DNA from: Allobaculum fili | GTDB lineage: Bacteria; Bacillota_I; Bacilli_A; Erysipelotrichales; Erysipelotrichaceae | Assembly (NCBI RefSeq): GCF_020969955.1 | Contig: NZ_JAHDSX010000005.1 | Coordinates: 58,051 to 90,050, forward strand | Direction of reading: 5' to 3' | DNA length: 32,000 nucleotides | Part shown: piece after piece, positions 16,313-24,275 of the stretch | Layout of the letters: the number at the start of each line of letters is the position of its first letter | How positions within the stretch are numbered: position 1 is the stretch's first letter | Notes under the pieces: generated by a model | The model's database searches: none | Told to the model about the DNA's origin: nothing | What the model saw: the letters and a program-made list of their open reading frames with translations, nothing else | Position numbers and translations under genes: made by a program

Positions 16313-17428
16313 TTACGGGTTGCATCGTTTGCAGGGCTGATAGCCTTCCGCAATCAGCGCATCCCGGCTGGCAACGACATCCTTGCGGTTTTTCGGTTTC
16401 ATATCCGCGACGGACTTGCAGTCGGGGTGATGGAACTTATGCGTATTCGTATTGCAGACGTAGGACGCTTCGGCAGCCGGAGCCTGGGCGGGTGCCTGGG
16501 CATCGTCGCCAGAAGGAGCGGCCTGTTCCTGACCCGTTCCGCCGACGGCGATGGTTCCGTCCGCTTCATTAGATCCGTCAGCATAATTGATGGCCACACC
16601 CGGTTCGCGGTTGTACGCAAAGACGCAGAACTGCAGTCCCTTTCCGTCATCTTCGACAGATTTGGCTTCCATCAGGACACCCTGAGCAACCAGATCGTTT
16701 CCTTTGTAAATTGGGGTCACCCGGTACATGACGTGGTTTCCCGTCTGTTCAATATAGTCCCGGGCCTGTGTCTCATACGGAAGCATGCCTTTCGTATTCA
16801 TCGTCCGGGTTCCGGTAATGAGGTTGCGCGGATTGGCGTTCTGACCGGAAAGCATGTAAGCCACCAGATGGCAGCGGTTGTACACATAGCCGTTTTCCAC
16901 AAACGGATATTCCTTGTTTTCAAAACCGGTCGGATGCACGGACGAAATATCGCCGCGATCTTCCTCCGGCATGATTTCCTGACCTAAAGAGGCGTAGCCC
17001 ATAGTCGCTCGGCCAAACGCATCCAGATCGAAGTAATGCTGGAAAGCCTGCGTCGTTTCTTCGTTTTCTTCAAAAAACGGGACGTTGTCATGTATGATCG
17101 CCACCGGATTTCCGGTATAGGGCGGAATGTCGTCCGCGGTAAAGTCGTAGCCAGGCGCGTACGGCTCGCTTTGACTGTCTGCCGCGGCCGTTTGCGAACT
17201 TTGCGAAGACAGGCTGGACTCATTTTGCAGGGAAGACGTTTGCTGACTTTGCGAAATGGAAATCGAACTTTGCGACCGGCTTGCATCCTCGACGGAAGAA
17301 GCGCCGCATGCCGTCAGCAGCGGGATCAGAAGCAGCACAAGGGCGCGGTTTAAAATCCTGGACATCGTTCTCGCCCGTTTTCGCACTCTGTGCGAAAATC
17401 GATGCGCAGAAGAATTAAAGGGGTTCAT
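16313..17428 (-). CDS. Secreted DNA/RNA non-specific endonuclease (EndA/NucA-like) lipoprotein with C-terminal Ada-type Zn-binding motif
   Basis: I prefer the start at MNPFNSS (RBS GGAAAGGAAA); the ORF track extends to 17470. The signal peptide and lipobox are ALVLLLIPLLTACG, followed by a Ser/Gln-rich linker. The nuclease core is NRCHLVAYMLSGQNANPRNLITGTRTMN. The C-terminus is FHHPDCKSV...GYQPCKRCNP. Confidence 0.8.
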   Translation of the reverse strand: MNPFNSSAHRFSHRVRKRARTMSRILNRALVLLLIPLLTACGASSVEDASRSQSSISISQSQQTSSLQNESSLSSQSSQTAAADSQSEPYAPGYDFTADDIPPYTGNPVAIIHDNVPFFEENEETTQAFQHYFDLDAFGRATMGYASLGQEIMPEEDRGDISSVHPTGFENKEYPFVENGYVYNRCHLVAYMLSGQNANPRNLITGTRTMNTKGMLPYETQARDYIEQTGNHVMYRVTPIYKGNDLVAQGVLMEAKSVEDDGKGLQFCVFAYNREPGVAINYADGSNEADGTIAVGGTGQEQAAPSGDDAQAPAQAPAAEASYVCNTNTHKFHHPDCKSVADMKPKNRKDVVASRDALIAEGYQPCKRCNP

Positions 17429-17748
17429 CGTCTCAGTTTCCTTTCCGTAAAAGACCAGCCCCTTTTCCATCGCCAGAAAGCCCGAAAAATCCGCTTTGAT
17501 TCCGATTATGGGAAGAGTGTGGTCTCTCTTTTTTCTCTCATTCGTCTATATTTTGGACCAGTTGTCAGAGATTTAGAATTATTCGGGCACAATTATCCGT
17601 TAAATAAGGCGATTTCGAATTTCGCCGAAATCGTCTCGTAAAATTTGGGGTCCTTTCTGGCGTGTATGCGCTTTCGTCATCTTCACATATTTAGGCGCTA
17701 ATCCTTTGAAATCTCTTTTTTAGAATGATTTTGGAAATGAGGAATTCC

Positions 17749-18204
17749 ATGAACAATAACATTATTTTCTATCTCACCTTTAAAAAAGATCTTGTCTTCT
17801 TCTACGAGAATCTTCCGCTTCGCGAAGCCCTCGAACTGATGTACAAACACGGCTATACCGCCATTCCGGTCATCGGTCTGGACGGTACATACGTCGGCAC
17901 CGTCAGCGAAGGCGACTTCCTGTGGTTCATCCTGCAGAAAGGCGCGGATGCAAAGACGCTCGAATCCTATACAGTAACCGACCTGATTCGCGACGACTTC
18001 ATGCCGCCCGTCAACATCAGCGTTTCCATTGACGACATTCTGGAAACCGCCCTCCACCAGAACTTCGTTCCCGTCGTCGATGACCGCAGCATCTTCATCG
18101 GCATCATCACCCGGCAGACGCTGCTGCGCGCCCTGGGTTCTTCCTCTTTGCAGCCTTCGCTTGCCGCGATGCCAAATTCGGAAAACGCCTCAACGCGCAT
18201 CTAG
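17749..18204 (+). CDS. CBS domain-pair protein
   Basis: I choose the third ATG of the ORF because GAGGA lies 5 nt upstream of it. There are two CBS motifs (HGYTAIPVIGLDGTYVGTVSEGDFL and NFVPVVDDRSIFIGIITRQTLL) and no other domain. Confidence 0.8.
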   Translation: MNNNIIFYLTFKKDLVFFYENLPLREALELMYKHGYTAIPVIGLDGTYVGTVSEGDFLWFILQKGADAKTLESYTVTDLIRDDFMPPVNISVSIDDILETALHQNFVPVVDDRSIFIGIITRQTLLRALGSSSLQPSLAAMPNSENASTRI

Positions 18205-18266
18205 CGGCGCGATCCGAAACCTGTTTTATCGTATTGCTTTTCTCCCTTTTCTCCTTTGTTTTCTTT

Positions 18267-18297
18267 GCCTGCTTTTTCGGGAAGCAGGCATTTTTTC
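18267..18297 (+). terminator. Intrinsic terminator of CBS gene
   Basis: GCCTGCTT (18267-18274) / AAGCAGGC (18282-18289), followed by ATTTTTTC. Confidence 0.75.
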
Positions 18298-18375
18298 TGC
18301 CCGGACGCGCAAAATGACGCTTCTTTCCAGCTTTTTCTGAGCGCTCTGTGCGCCCGTTTTCAAAAAACCGGTGCA

Positions 18376-18384
18376 TGGTATAAT
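18376..18384 (+). promoter_or_regulatory. Extended -10 promoter element (TGgTATAAT) for the CNNM-type gene
   Basis: TGGTATAAT at 18376-18384, ~100 nt upstream of the ORF start. The -35 is poor (TTTTCA). Confidence 0.45.
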
Positions 18385-18482
18385 CAGTTCACCTTTCGAG
18401 GGAACAACACGTTTTTTAACAGGAAAAAATCGACTTTCAAAATCGTATTTTTCCATACAATCTTCTGTTTAAAATTCTGGAA

Positions 18483-19655
18483 ATGGAGCTGATGTTCTTG
18501 GTGTATATAAGTCTGTCCATTCTTTCGTTTGCGGCAGCCCTCTTTTTTCTGACTCTGACCATGCAGCCGGCAGATGACGCCCGCTATACGGCCATGGATC
18601 TCTTTCTCGCTCTGCTCTTTCAAGTGCTCAGCGCCTGGCTGCTCGTCCAGCTGCCTGCGGTAGCGGCGGTGCTCAACGGCCCGGCTTCCTTCTGGATTCT
18701 CATGGCGATCGAACTGATACTTGGTCTGATCTGGGTGCATCTTTCCAAACGCATTCACTTTTCTTCCGCCAGCATGAATTCCCTGCAGAAACCGCTGCTC
18801 AAGCTGTTTTTCTGGCTGCCGGAAGAAGCTGCGGACAGCGACGATGAACTCGTCCGTCTGATTGAGGCTTCCTCGGTTCCGGAAATGGAAGAACAGCGCG
18901 AAGTACTCGAAAACGCGCTCGATCTCAACGACACGTCGCTCGATGAAATCTGTACCCACCGTTCCGATATGGTGTGCCTGTCCATGAAGGAAGATCCGTC
19001 CAAGTGGAAGCAGATCATCATGGCTAACCGGCATACGTTTTATCCGATCACCAACGAAAGCGACGACGATATCGTCGGCGTGCTCGATACCCGCGATTAT
19101 TTCCGTCTGAACGGCTGGGGCAAGAAAACCATTCTCGATCACGCGGTCGACAAGCCGCTGTTCGTTGCCGAAAGCAATACCGCCGATGAGCTGCTGCGCA
19201 TGATGAAGCAGCGCCACACGTACATCGCCATCGTTCTCGACGAATACGGCGGTGTCGTTGGTCTGGTCACCCTGCACGACATTATCGAAGAGCTCTTCGG
19301 CGATCTGTCCGAAGAGGAAGAAAAGCGGCAGGCGGATATCGTCCGGCTTCCGCGCGGCGTCTGGCGCATTAACGGCGAAGCCGATCTGGACGATGTGTCC
19401 AAGGCGCTGGGCATGGACCTGCACCTTGATGATTTTGAAACGTTCTCCGGCTACGTGCTCGGCTCCATGGGCTACATTCCCGAAGACGGCAGCCAGCTTG
19501 AAACCCGCATCGGACCGCTGTCCATTCAGATCCGGCGCATTCAGGGACACCGCATTCGTCAGGCGCTCGTCAAAGTCGAAGATGAACCGAAGGGAAATCC
19601 CGCGCCAGAAAGCACTCCAACTGGAACCGCAAAGTCGGGCTCAGCCAGACACTGA
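18483..19655 (+). CDS. Hemolysin-family / CNNM-CorC-type transporter (CBS pair + CorC_HlyC domain)
   Basis: 390 aa. The order is an N-terminal TM region, a CBS pair (...ICTHRSDMVCLS..., YIAIVLDEYGGVVGLVTLHDIIEELFG), then a CorC/HlyC C-terminal domain (WRINGEADLDDV...FETFSGYVLG). The exact start is uncertain: ATG 18483, ATG 18492 or GTG 18501. Confidence 0.85.
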   Translation: MELMFLVYISLSILSFAAALFFLTLTMQPADDARYTAMDLFLALLFQVLSAWLLVQLPAVAAVLNGPASFWILMAIELILGLIWVHLSKRIHFSSASMNSLQKPLLKLFFWLPEEAADSDDELVRLIEASSVPEMEEQREVLENALDLNDTSLDEICTHRSDMVCLSMKEDPSKWKQIIMANRHTFYPITNESDDDIVGVLDTRDYFRLNGWGKKTILDHAVDKPLFVAESNTADELLRMMKQRHTYIAIVLDEYGGVVGLVTLHDIIEELFGDLSEEEEKRQADIVRLPRGVWRINGEADLDDVSKALGMDLHLDDFETFSGYVLGSMGYIPEDGSQLETRIGPLSIQIRRIQGHRIRQALVKVEDEPKGNPAPESTPTGTAKSGSARH

Positions 19656-19716
19656 GCGCTCCAAACGCGGAAGCCAAAGGCAGGACAGTCCTCACCATTT
19701 TGAAAAAGAAAAAAAC

Positions 19717-19766
19717 AAATGGTCTTTTCCAGTCGCCGAATCGGGCGAGAGGAAAAGACCATTTTT
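19717..19766. terminator. Bidirectional intrinsic terminator between convergent CNNM-type and MATE genes
   Basis: 14-nt arms AAATGGTCTTTTCC (19717-19730) / GGAAAAGACCATTT (19751-19764), with an inner stem TCGCC/GGCGA. There is an A-run upstream and a T-run downstream. Confidence 0.8.
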
Positions 19767-19842
19767 GCGTAGTATTGAATTTTCAAAGACTCCTGCAGAA
19801 CTCTGGAAAGAGGAAAACCTTCCGAAAGTGAGAGCTCTGTGC

Positions 19843-21237
19843 CTAAAACCGGTTTTCGATGACGCCTTCCTTGAGCTGCTTCATCTGCTTCCATGAGCGA
19901 AGCACGAGAATAAACGCGAGCAGAGCGGAAAGCAGATCGGCGATCGGCTGGGAAACGACCAGTCCTTCAATTCCCCACATCAAAGAAAAGACGAAGGCGA
20001 GCGGAATGAAGAAAATGATCGTGCGGGAGAGGGAGACAAACACCCCTTTGCCCGGCTGGCCGATGGCCGCAAAATACGTCGAACTGAGCGACTGAACGCC
20101 CTGGATGCAGATGCCCATCAGGTATACGCGAAGCATGATCACACCAAAGCGGACGTACAGTTCATCGCCGGTTCCAAACAGAAGAATGAGCGGTCTGGGA
20201 AAGCACTGAAAGAGCACTTCGACAAGCGTTCCTAAAACGACGACCGAAATCAGACCCTTGACCATGCATTCCTTCACGCGCCCATACTGCGCGGCGCCAT
20301 AGTTGTAGCCGACAATCGGCTGAAGGCCCTGCGCAATGCCGACAATGACGGAAATGAAGAGGCCGTTAAGCTTGAAGGCCACACCGCTGGCCGCGATTGG
20401 AATATTGGCGCCGTAAACGGACAGGGACCCGTAGTACTTGAACATGTTGGTCAGAAAAATCTGAACCACAAGAACCGCCGCCTGGTTGAGCGCTGAAGCC
20501 ATACCCAGGTTGCAGATTTTCTTCAGCGGCGCCATGCGGATTTTGAAGCTGTCCGCATTCATATGCACATGCTTGAAGCGCGGCAGATAAAAGAGTGCGA
20601 TGACAAAGCTCACGATCTGGCCGATAATCGTCGCCCACGCCGCACCGGCCATGCCCCAGTGAAAGACGAAAATGAAAATCGGGTCCAGGATGCAGTTGAC
20701 AATAGCGCCGACCACCATGAAAAACATGGAAAAGGAAGGCGAACCGTCCGCCCGGCAAAGCTGGGAAATGCCGTTGCTGACAATGAGAAAGGGCATGCCA
20801 AGCAAAATGACGCGGGAGTATTCGAGCGCGTAGCCGTAGTTTTCCGGGGTGGCGCCAAAAACCGGCAGCAGAGCCGTAATGCTCAGCTCGCCAAGAACCA
20901 GATAAATCAGCCCGCTTAAAAACATGAAGCTGAGCGCCGTTCCGGCCGTTCTTGCCGCCTCATCCGGACGTCCTTCGCCCAGCTGCAGCGAGTAGCAGGA
21001 CGCGCCACCCACGCCTAAAAGCAGGGCGATTGCCAGACAGATGGTCGAAAGCGGAAAGACGACCGTCGTCGCGCCGTTGCCCAGATAGCCAAGACCCTGG
21101 CCGATAAAAATCTGGTCAACGATGTTGTAGAGCGAGCTCACCAGCATCGCGATGATGGACGGGAACGAATAGCGAAACAGCAGCTTCGAAATTTTCTCGG
21201 TGCCTAGTGGATTGCCGGCGGACAGTGTCTTTTCCAT
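19843..21237 (-). CDS. MATE family efflux transporter
   Basis: I set the start at MEKTLSAGNPLGTEKISKLLFRYSFPSIIAMLVSSLYNIVDQIFIG, with AGGAGG 7 nt upstream. The ORF track extends to 21354 with no RBS. The topology is 12-TM MATE-like. Confidence 0.88.
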   Translation of the reverse strand: MEKTLSAGNPLGTEKISKLLFRYSFPSIIAMLVSSLYNIVDQIFIGQGLGYLGNGATTVVFPLSTICLAIALLLGVGGASCYSLQLGEGRPDEAARTAGTALSFMFLSGLIYLVLGELSITALLPVFGATPENYGYALEYSRVILLGMPFLIVSNGISQLCRADGSPSFSMFFMVVGAIVNCILDPIFIFVFHWGMAGAAWATIIGQIVSFVIALFYLPRFKHVHMNADSFKIRMAPLKKICNLGMASALNQAAVLVVQIFLTNMFKYYGSLSVYGANIPIAASGVAFKLNGLFISVIVGIAQGLQPIVGYNYGAAQYGRVKECMVKGLISVVVLGTLVEVLFQCFPRPLILLFGTGDELYVRFGVIMLRVYLMGICIQGVQSLSSTYFAAIGQPGKGVFVSLSRTIIFFIPLAFVFSLMWGIEGLVVSQPIADLLSALLAFILVLRSWKQMKQLKEGVIENRF

Positions 21238-21450
21238 CGTGTACCTCCTGATCGTGCAAACGGACGAATTTCTCCGTTTTTGTCGGTGAACGCCTCCACG
21301 AAAACGTGCTGTAAAAAGGACAGGCGTCCATTTGTATACGAAAGGATAGCACACAATTATTTTCAGTACGGAAAAAAGTAAAATTTGGTGCCGTTTCGCT
21401 TAGTGGATTTTCCGCTCTCCTGCTGCGGTTTGCGGATGTTTTTTCGGCAA

Positions 21451-21479
21451 AAGAAAAAGTCCCGATTTCTCAGGACTTG
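21451..21479 (-). terminator. Intrinsic terminator of the cupin-PGI gene
   Basis: On the minus strand: AAGTCC-TGAGAAATCG-GGACTT, followed by TTTCTTTT. Confidence 0.7.
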
Positions 21480-21484
21480 AAATC

Positions 21485-22117
21485 CTACGACTTTAAAAAG
21501 GCGATAATGTCTTCTTCCTGGAGCGCGTCCACGGATTCCGGAGTATCTTCGACATCCACTTCAATGGCCAGTTCGCCGTTGTCGTCATAGACATGACAGG
21601 TGAAGGGATGTTCGTCGATTGAATCGAAATCGAAGCCGGCATTGCTCGGCAGACACTGCGAAAGCATCAGCGGTTCATCGCCGGTATTGATCAGGCGGCG
21701 TCCAATGTTCGACGGAATCTTGTGGAGACTGCCTTCTTCCAGTTCTTCGCACCAGCATTCGCCGTCGCGGCTGAGGAACATGACCAGACCGGTTCCTTTC
21801 ATGCAGAGCAGATATTCTTCCGCATCCGGATTGACGTGAAAATGACCTTTCGTGCAGAAGTACTGGTCATCCACCTTGCCCGGATACAGGGTAATGTGCC
21901 CCCAGTTGAGATGGCCTTCGCCCGGCTCAGATTCCTTGACGATGTGCTCATAAATCTTAGTTTCCGGATCGAGGGTCGGATCTTTGCGGCGGAAGTAATC
22001 CGCGTCTTTATAGCGCATGACCATTTCGGTCAGATTGTTTCCATTCAGACGTTCCTGCCAGTGATGGGTCAGCTGTGACTTGGTGACCGCTACACGTTTG
22101 TGATTTGTATTATCCAT
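21485..22117 (-). CDS. Glucose-6-phosphate isomerase family protein, cupin type
   Basis: 210 aa. Cupin motif 1 matches the cupin-PGI signature TxGHxH...ExY (LYPGKVDDQYFCTKGHFHVNPDAEEY). Motif 2 is IPSNIGRRLINTG. Confidence 0.65.
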   Translation of the reverse strand: MDNTNHKRVAVTKSQLTHHWQERLNGNNLTEMVMRYKDADYFRRKDPTLDPETKIYEHIVKESEPGEGHLNWGHITLYPGKVDDQYFCTKGHFHVNPDAEEYLLCMKGTGLVMFLSRDGECWCEELEEGSLHKIPSNIGRRLINTGDEPLMLSQCLPSNAGFDFDSIDEHPFTCHVYDDNGELAIEVDVEDTPESVDALQEEDIIAFLKS

Positions 22118-22382
22118 ATTCAGTACCTATTCCCGTTTCGCTGTATGACGCAGCGGCATTCAGGCTTGCCTGCAGCCTGTCCCCAGAACGCAAGGCGGGC
22201 TTCCCAACGGGAAACTTTGACAATCAGGCAAAGGGAAAGACTCGCGTTCGGATCATCTGTGCTGGAAAGCGGGGGCTCTTTCCGGTACTCAGGTTATAGC
22301 GCTTTTGGCACTTTTTTTCGTTTATTATGCTTATTATTATTGAATATTTTTGATATTAGTATCCTGATTAGATTATATTCCT

Positions 22383-22967
22383 TCAAACGTCCGGGCGGGA
22401 TGCGGATTTTGAAAATCGTTTGATAACGCAAAGCAGAACGGGACAGGCTTCGCGATCGGGGCGCCGACACTCGAGCAGTTCGAGATCGTCACGTAAAAGA
22501 AGGCTTTCCATAACCGCTTTTCGTTCTTGATCGCCTGGCGCGAGCGGATAGAAAACCAGAGCCATCCGGCCTTTGGGCCGAAGCAGATCTGCCGCGGCGT
22601 TCACGGCTTTTACAGAACTTTCTGGCAGAGTGGATACGCCGTGCAGACAATGGGGGTCATAGCCAAAATTGAAGATCACCGCATCGATCTGCCCTTCGTA
22701 TTCAGAAAGGTCTTCTTTCATAAATTCGTGGGAATGCAGCCAGGCGGTAATGCGCGGACCAGTCATTTTTTCGCAGCTGGCCGCATAGAGCTCCGGCTGG
22801 ACTTCATAGGCAAAGACATGCGCCGCACGATGATCAAGAAAAAAGCGGGAGTCCCGGCCCAGACCGAGCGTTGCGTCCACGCAGATCGCCTGCTCATGAA
22901 GGACGTCCAGAAGAAAGTCGTGTGCTAGTTCACTCATGGATTTCATGCTGGTAATGATCCCCTCCAT
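22383..22967 (-). CDS. Class I SAM-dependent methyltransferase, YtqB/MnmM-like (putative tRNA mnm5s2U34 methyltransferase)
   Basis: 194 aa. DATLGLGRDSRFF and VIFNFGYDPH resemble Bacillus YtqB (DATMGNGHDT..., FNLGYLPGGD; recalled from memory). The start is ambiguous: ATG at 22967, 22946 or 22937. Confidence 0.65.
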   Translation of the reverse strand: MEGIITSMKSMSELAHDFLLDVLHEQAICVDATLGLGRDSRFFLDHRAAHVFAYEVQPELYAASCEKMTGPRITAWLHSHEFMKEDLSEYEGQIDAVIFNFGYDPHCLHGVSTLPESSVKAVNAAADLLRPKGRMALVFYPLAPGDQERKAVMESLLLRDDLELLECRRPDREACPVLLCVIKRFSKSASRPDV

Positions 22968-23074
22968 TTCCTCGAATCACGCATTTTCCATTGTTTTATT
23001 TTGTTTTGCGATGGCTGCCTATGCCTTTGGAGCTATCTTCAAAATTAAGAATTCGTCGAAAGTGCAGTATCTTT

Positions 23075-24025
23075 TTAGTCTTCGCCGTCAAAATCGTAAA
23101 AGCTCTGATCGTCGCTGAACACCGGATCGGCGTTCTGCGAAATCTGCGCGAGCAGCTTTTCCGCGCTTTCCTGCAGAGCGGCCAGCTGTTTTTGTAAAAG
23201 GGCGCTCGTACGGCACGTCTTGCCGGCGTTTTCGCAAAGCATGGTGGCCTTGATTTCCAGCGAACGGACTTCCTTTTCGAACGCTTCCATATTGGCCGCG
23301 CGGTAGAAGCTGCGCGCCGATGCCTGCAGCGAGAAGACGACGCCGCAAAGCGTGGTCGGCGAAACCAGAAGCACATGGCGGGAGAGCGCGTACTGCTGCA
23401 GCATCGCTCCTTCCCCGCAAAGGTAGGCGTAAACCGCTTCGCTGGGGATAAAGAGGAGCGCTTCATCGAGCGTCTCTTCCGTGATGTATTTATCGGCTAC
23501 ATCGTCGATGTGTTTCTTTATATTCTTTCTGAATTCTTTTTCATAATACTCCGCCGATTCGGGTTCTTCACACATCCGCAGGTAATTTTCCATTGGAAAT
23601 TTCGAGTCAATGCACAGAACCTGATCGGACTGCGGCATATGAAAGGCGCCGTCGCTGATGCGTCCGTTTTTCAGATGGTACTGCGTGCTGTACAAATACG
23701 GACTGTCCCCAAGATACGTCCGTACGATGGATTCCAGCTGGTATTCGCCCCAGGTCCCGCGCCGTTTGGCGTTGGCCATGACCTGGGTAATGGAATGGAC
23801 TTCATCCGCCAGATCTTCCGAGCGTTCGCGGGCAGAACTCGTATCGAGCCGTACCTGTTCCAGCTGGCTGCCCATGCGCCGCAGATGAATCTCCTTGTAG
23901 TCGCCGTCCTTTTCCACGATGTGATACAGATCGCTGACTGAATTCATCAGCGAATACACCGCGTAGCCGACCAGCGCCAGCAGCACGATCATGACAATCA
24001 TTAAAGCCACAAGAAATCCGTTCAT
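23075..24025 (-). CDS. rmuC: DNA recombination protein RmuC
   Basis: 316 aa. It has an N-terminal TM helix, a coiled region, and the RmuC core RGTWGEYQLESIV...DSKFP...FIPSEAVY. Confidence 0.85.
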   Translation of the reverse strand: MNGFLVALMIVMIVLLALVGYAVYSLMNSVSDLYHIVEKDGDYKEIHLRRMGSQLEQVRLDTSSARERSEDLADEVHSITQVMANAKRRGTWGEYQLESIVRTYLGDSPYLYSTQYHLKNGRISDGAFHMPQSDQVLCIDSKFPMENYLRMCEEPESAEYYEKEFRKNIKKHIDDVADKYITEETLDEALLFIPSEAVYAYLCGEGAMLQQYALSRHVLLVSPTTLCGVVFSLQASARSFYRAANMEAFEKEVRSLEIKATMLCENAGKTCRTSALLQKQLAALQESAEKLLAQISQNADPVFSDDQSFYDFDGED

Positions 24026-24111
24026 AATTTTCCCCTTTTTTCTTTTTAAATCTTTCCCGCATGGCCCGGGATTTTAAAATCCGGCCTGGACCATACAATC
24101 TGTACCCCATT

Positions 24112-24145
24112 TTAATAAATTCAGGCGCCTTTTTGAGGCGCCTGA
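24112..24145 (-). terminator. Probable terminator downstream of cca
   Basis: TCAGGCGCC (24121-24129) / GGCGCCTGA (24137-24145). On the minus strand AUUUAUUAAAAU follows. It lies 130 nt after the cca stop. Confidence 0.5.
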
Positions 24146-24235
24146 TTGCTTTCTTCATCCAGACGGTGTTCCTTAGCCATGAAATGACGCATGAACCGTC
24201 GTCCATTTTTACAAAACAAAAACCAAAACAAAGTG

Positions 24236-24275
24236 TCACAGAGCTTTACAGAGTGTTACAGAGCCTTGCAGTGCC
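24236..24275. repeat. Four tandem 10-bp units abutting the cca stop codon
   Basis: TCACAGAGCT / TTACAGAGTG / TTACAGAGCC / TTGCAGTGCC, in exact 10-bp register. Confidence 0.85.

Noticed and set aside
15508-16353. ORFs running through the tandem repeats. These are 15666..16013 (-), 15710..16045 (+) and 16042..16353 (-). There is also a 50-codon hydrophobic ORF in unit A (15508..15660, minus, MYMLYVKWKFRFLLLPICIY...) that could pass for a type I toxin.
   Set aside because: The frames are not maintained between units: the ATG is absent in B, there is an early stop in C, and indels shift the plus-strand frames. Differences between copies are mostly non-synonymous. There is no convincing SD. One ORF runs through the nuclease terminator and into the nuclease gene. 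The apparent peptide similarity simply reflects nucleotide repetition.
18385-18482. An M-box or other metal riboswitch in front of the CNNM/CorC-type transporter gene.
   Set aside because: The leader from the extended -10 element to the start codon is only ~100 nt. It has no extended multi-helix structure or terminator that I can draw, so it is too short for an M-box.
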